Assembly: GCF_963921235.1 (NCBI RefSeq)
Contig: NC_086097.1
Span: 220,226,001 to 220,290,000 of the forward strand
Direction: 5' to 3'
Origin: Mobula hypostoma
Taxonomy: Eukaryota
Length of the DNA: 64,000 bases
Below the pieces are notes generated by a model that searched no databases, was not told the origin of the DNA, and saw nothing but the letters and a program-made list of their open reading frames with translations. Position numbers and translations under genes: made by a program. Shown piece by piece: positions 61,977 to 64,000 of this stretch (position 1 is the stretch's first letter; each line of letters opens with the position of its first letter).

Positions 61977-62119
61977 TTTAAAAGCTGCCTTCAGGAATGC
62001 TCCATTAGCTTTGACGAAGCATTGAGCTATATGTGTCTCAAAGTGATTTAGCCCAAACCCATACCATTCTCACCAGATAAATTGGAATTTAAATTGCAAC
62101 ATCTTTACCCTTCCCATTA

Positions 62120-64000
62120 CAGGAGGTTACATTAAGTAGTCAGAGGAACAGACAGGAGATTCTGTAGACATGAATGGGACACCCAGATTGTACGTTGCCT
62201 CCCAGGTGCCAGGCTTAGGGATGTCTCGGATCGTGTACACAGCATTTTGGAGAAGGAAGGAGAGCAGCCAGATGTCTTGGTGCATAATGGTATCAATGAC
62301 ATAGGAAGGAAAAGCAATGAGGTCCTGAAGAGAGAATTTAGAGAGCTAGGTAGAAAGACGAGAAGCAAGATCTGCAGGGTAGTAATTTCTGTATTGCCAC
62401 CTGTGCCAGGCACCAGTGAGGGTAGGAACAGGATGATTTGGCAGATAAATGCATGGCTGAGAAGCTGGTGCAGAGGGCAGGGCTTCTGGTTCTTGGATCA
62501 TTGTGATCTCTTCGGGTGGTGATATGATCTGTAAAAAAGGAATGGGTTGTACCTGAACTGGAGGGGGACCAATATTCTTGCAGGCAGGTTTGTTAGAGTT
62601 GTGGAAGGTTTAAGCTAATTTGGCAGGGATATGGGAATCAGAGTAAAGGGACTTATGATAGGACAGATGATAAAAAAAAAGCAAAGATAGTATGCAGTCA
62701 GATTGTCAGGAAGGGCAAGCAGATTTTAGGACAAAATTGCAGCCAGTAGGCTGAGTATCAGTGCATTAGGGATGCAGAATCAAAAAGGATAGCAAATACA
62801 GTACTCAAAGTATTATATCTTAATGCACGGAGTATAAGCAATAAGGTATATAATCTTGTTGCATGTCTACAGATTGTCAAGTATGATGTTGTGGCCATCA
62901 CTGGATCATGGCTGAAGGATGGTTGTAGTTGGGAGTTCAATGTCCAAGTTTATACATTGTATCATAGGAGTAGGAAGTTATGCAGAAGGGGGTGGTGTGG
63001 CTCTGCTGGTAAAGAATGGCATCAAATCTGTAGAAAGATGTGACATGGGATGGGAGGACGATAAACCCTTGTGGGTTGAGTTAAGAAACTGCAAGGGTAA
63101 AAGGACTCTGATGGCAAGCCTCCAAACAGTAGCTGGGATGTGGACTACAGATTACAACGGGAAATAGAAAAGGAGTGTGAAAAGGGCAATGCTATGATAG
63201 TCATGGGAAATTTTAACATGCAGATAGATTAGGAAAATTAGGTTGGTAATGGATCTCAAGAGAGTGAATTTGTTGAAAGCCTGAGAGATGGCCTTTTTAG
63301 AGCAGTTTGTCATTGAGCCTACTAGGGGAGCAGCTATACTAGATTGGGTGTTATGTAATGAACTGGAGGAGATTAGGGAGCTTAAGGTAAAGGAACCCTT
63401 AAGAGGCAGTGATCATAATATGATTGAGTTCAATTTGAAATTTGATAGGGAAATAGTAGAAGTTTGATGTAGCAATATTTCAGTGGAGTAAAGGCAATTA
63501 CTGTGGTACAAAAGAGGAGTTGGCCAAAGTATATTGGAAGGAGATGCTGGCAGGGATGACAGCAATGCAGAAATGGCTTGAGTTTCTGGGAAAAATGAGG
63601 AAGGTGCAGAATATATGTATTCCATAAACAAAGGAATACTCAAATGGCAAAATAGTACAACTGTGGCTGACAAGGGAAGTCAAAGCTAATATAAAAGCAG
63701 AAGACAGGGCAAGGGACAAAGCAAACATTAGCAGGAAGACAGAGCATTGGGAAGCTTTTAAAAACCTACAGAAAGCAACTAAAAATCATTGGGAGGGAAA
63801 AGTGAAATATGAAAGCAAGCTAGCAAATAATATCAAGGTGGATGGAAAAAGCTTTTTCAAGTACGGTATATAAAAAATAAAAGAGAGATGAGAGCGGATA
63901 TAGGACCACTGGAAAATGAGGCCAGAGAAATAATATCGAGGGACAATGAGATAGCAGATGAACTAAATGAGTATTTAGCATCAGTCCCCACCGTGGAAGA
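62120..64000 (+). mobile_element. Decayed CR1 LINE: ORF1 esterase region and ORF2 endonuclease, runs off the window
   Basis: PDVLVHNGINDIG..REFRELG..INAWLRSWC; YLNARSISNK, GGGVALLVK, WVELRN, SDHN. Confidence 0.9.

Overview
Eukaryotic, vertebrate-like, AT-rich DNA dominated by decayed transposable elements. I found no convincing host protein-coding gene, rRNA, true tRNA or CRISPR array. The repeat mix (abundant CR1 and Rex1/Babar LINEs, HE1-like V-SINEs, Deu-domain SINE relics, Penelope-like elements with hammerhead-type motifs) suggests a cartilaginous fish, probably a ray; this is inference, not a database result. The ORFs I could identify are retroelement fragments or their antisense shadows. 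Main contents: a near-full-length CR1 with an esterase-type ORF1 (10855-15018); a young CR1 ORF2 broken by one small deletion (29691-32472); an L1 insertion with 5' inversion and 16-bp TSD (1756-2265); two Gypsy (Mag/K02A2.6-like) relics plus two solo LTRs; Penelope fragments with decayed minimal hammerhead ribozymes; a 648-bp CpG-rich non-coding retroposon with 7-bp TSD (38581-39228); several multi-layer nests; and an inverted pair of young Rex1 copies (58160-61840) that could fold into a long hairpin. Repeat-free AT-rich islands may be conserved non-coding elements. Family names were recognised by eye from motifs, and boundaries of old copies are approximate. I found no clear new biological system beyond these candidate TE-derived elements.
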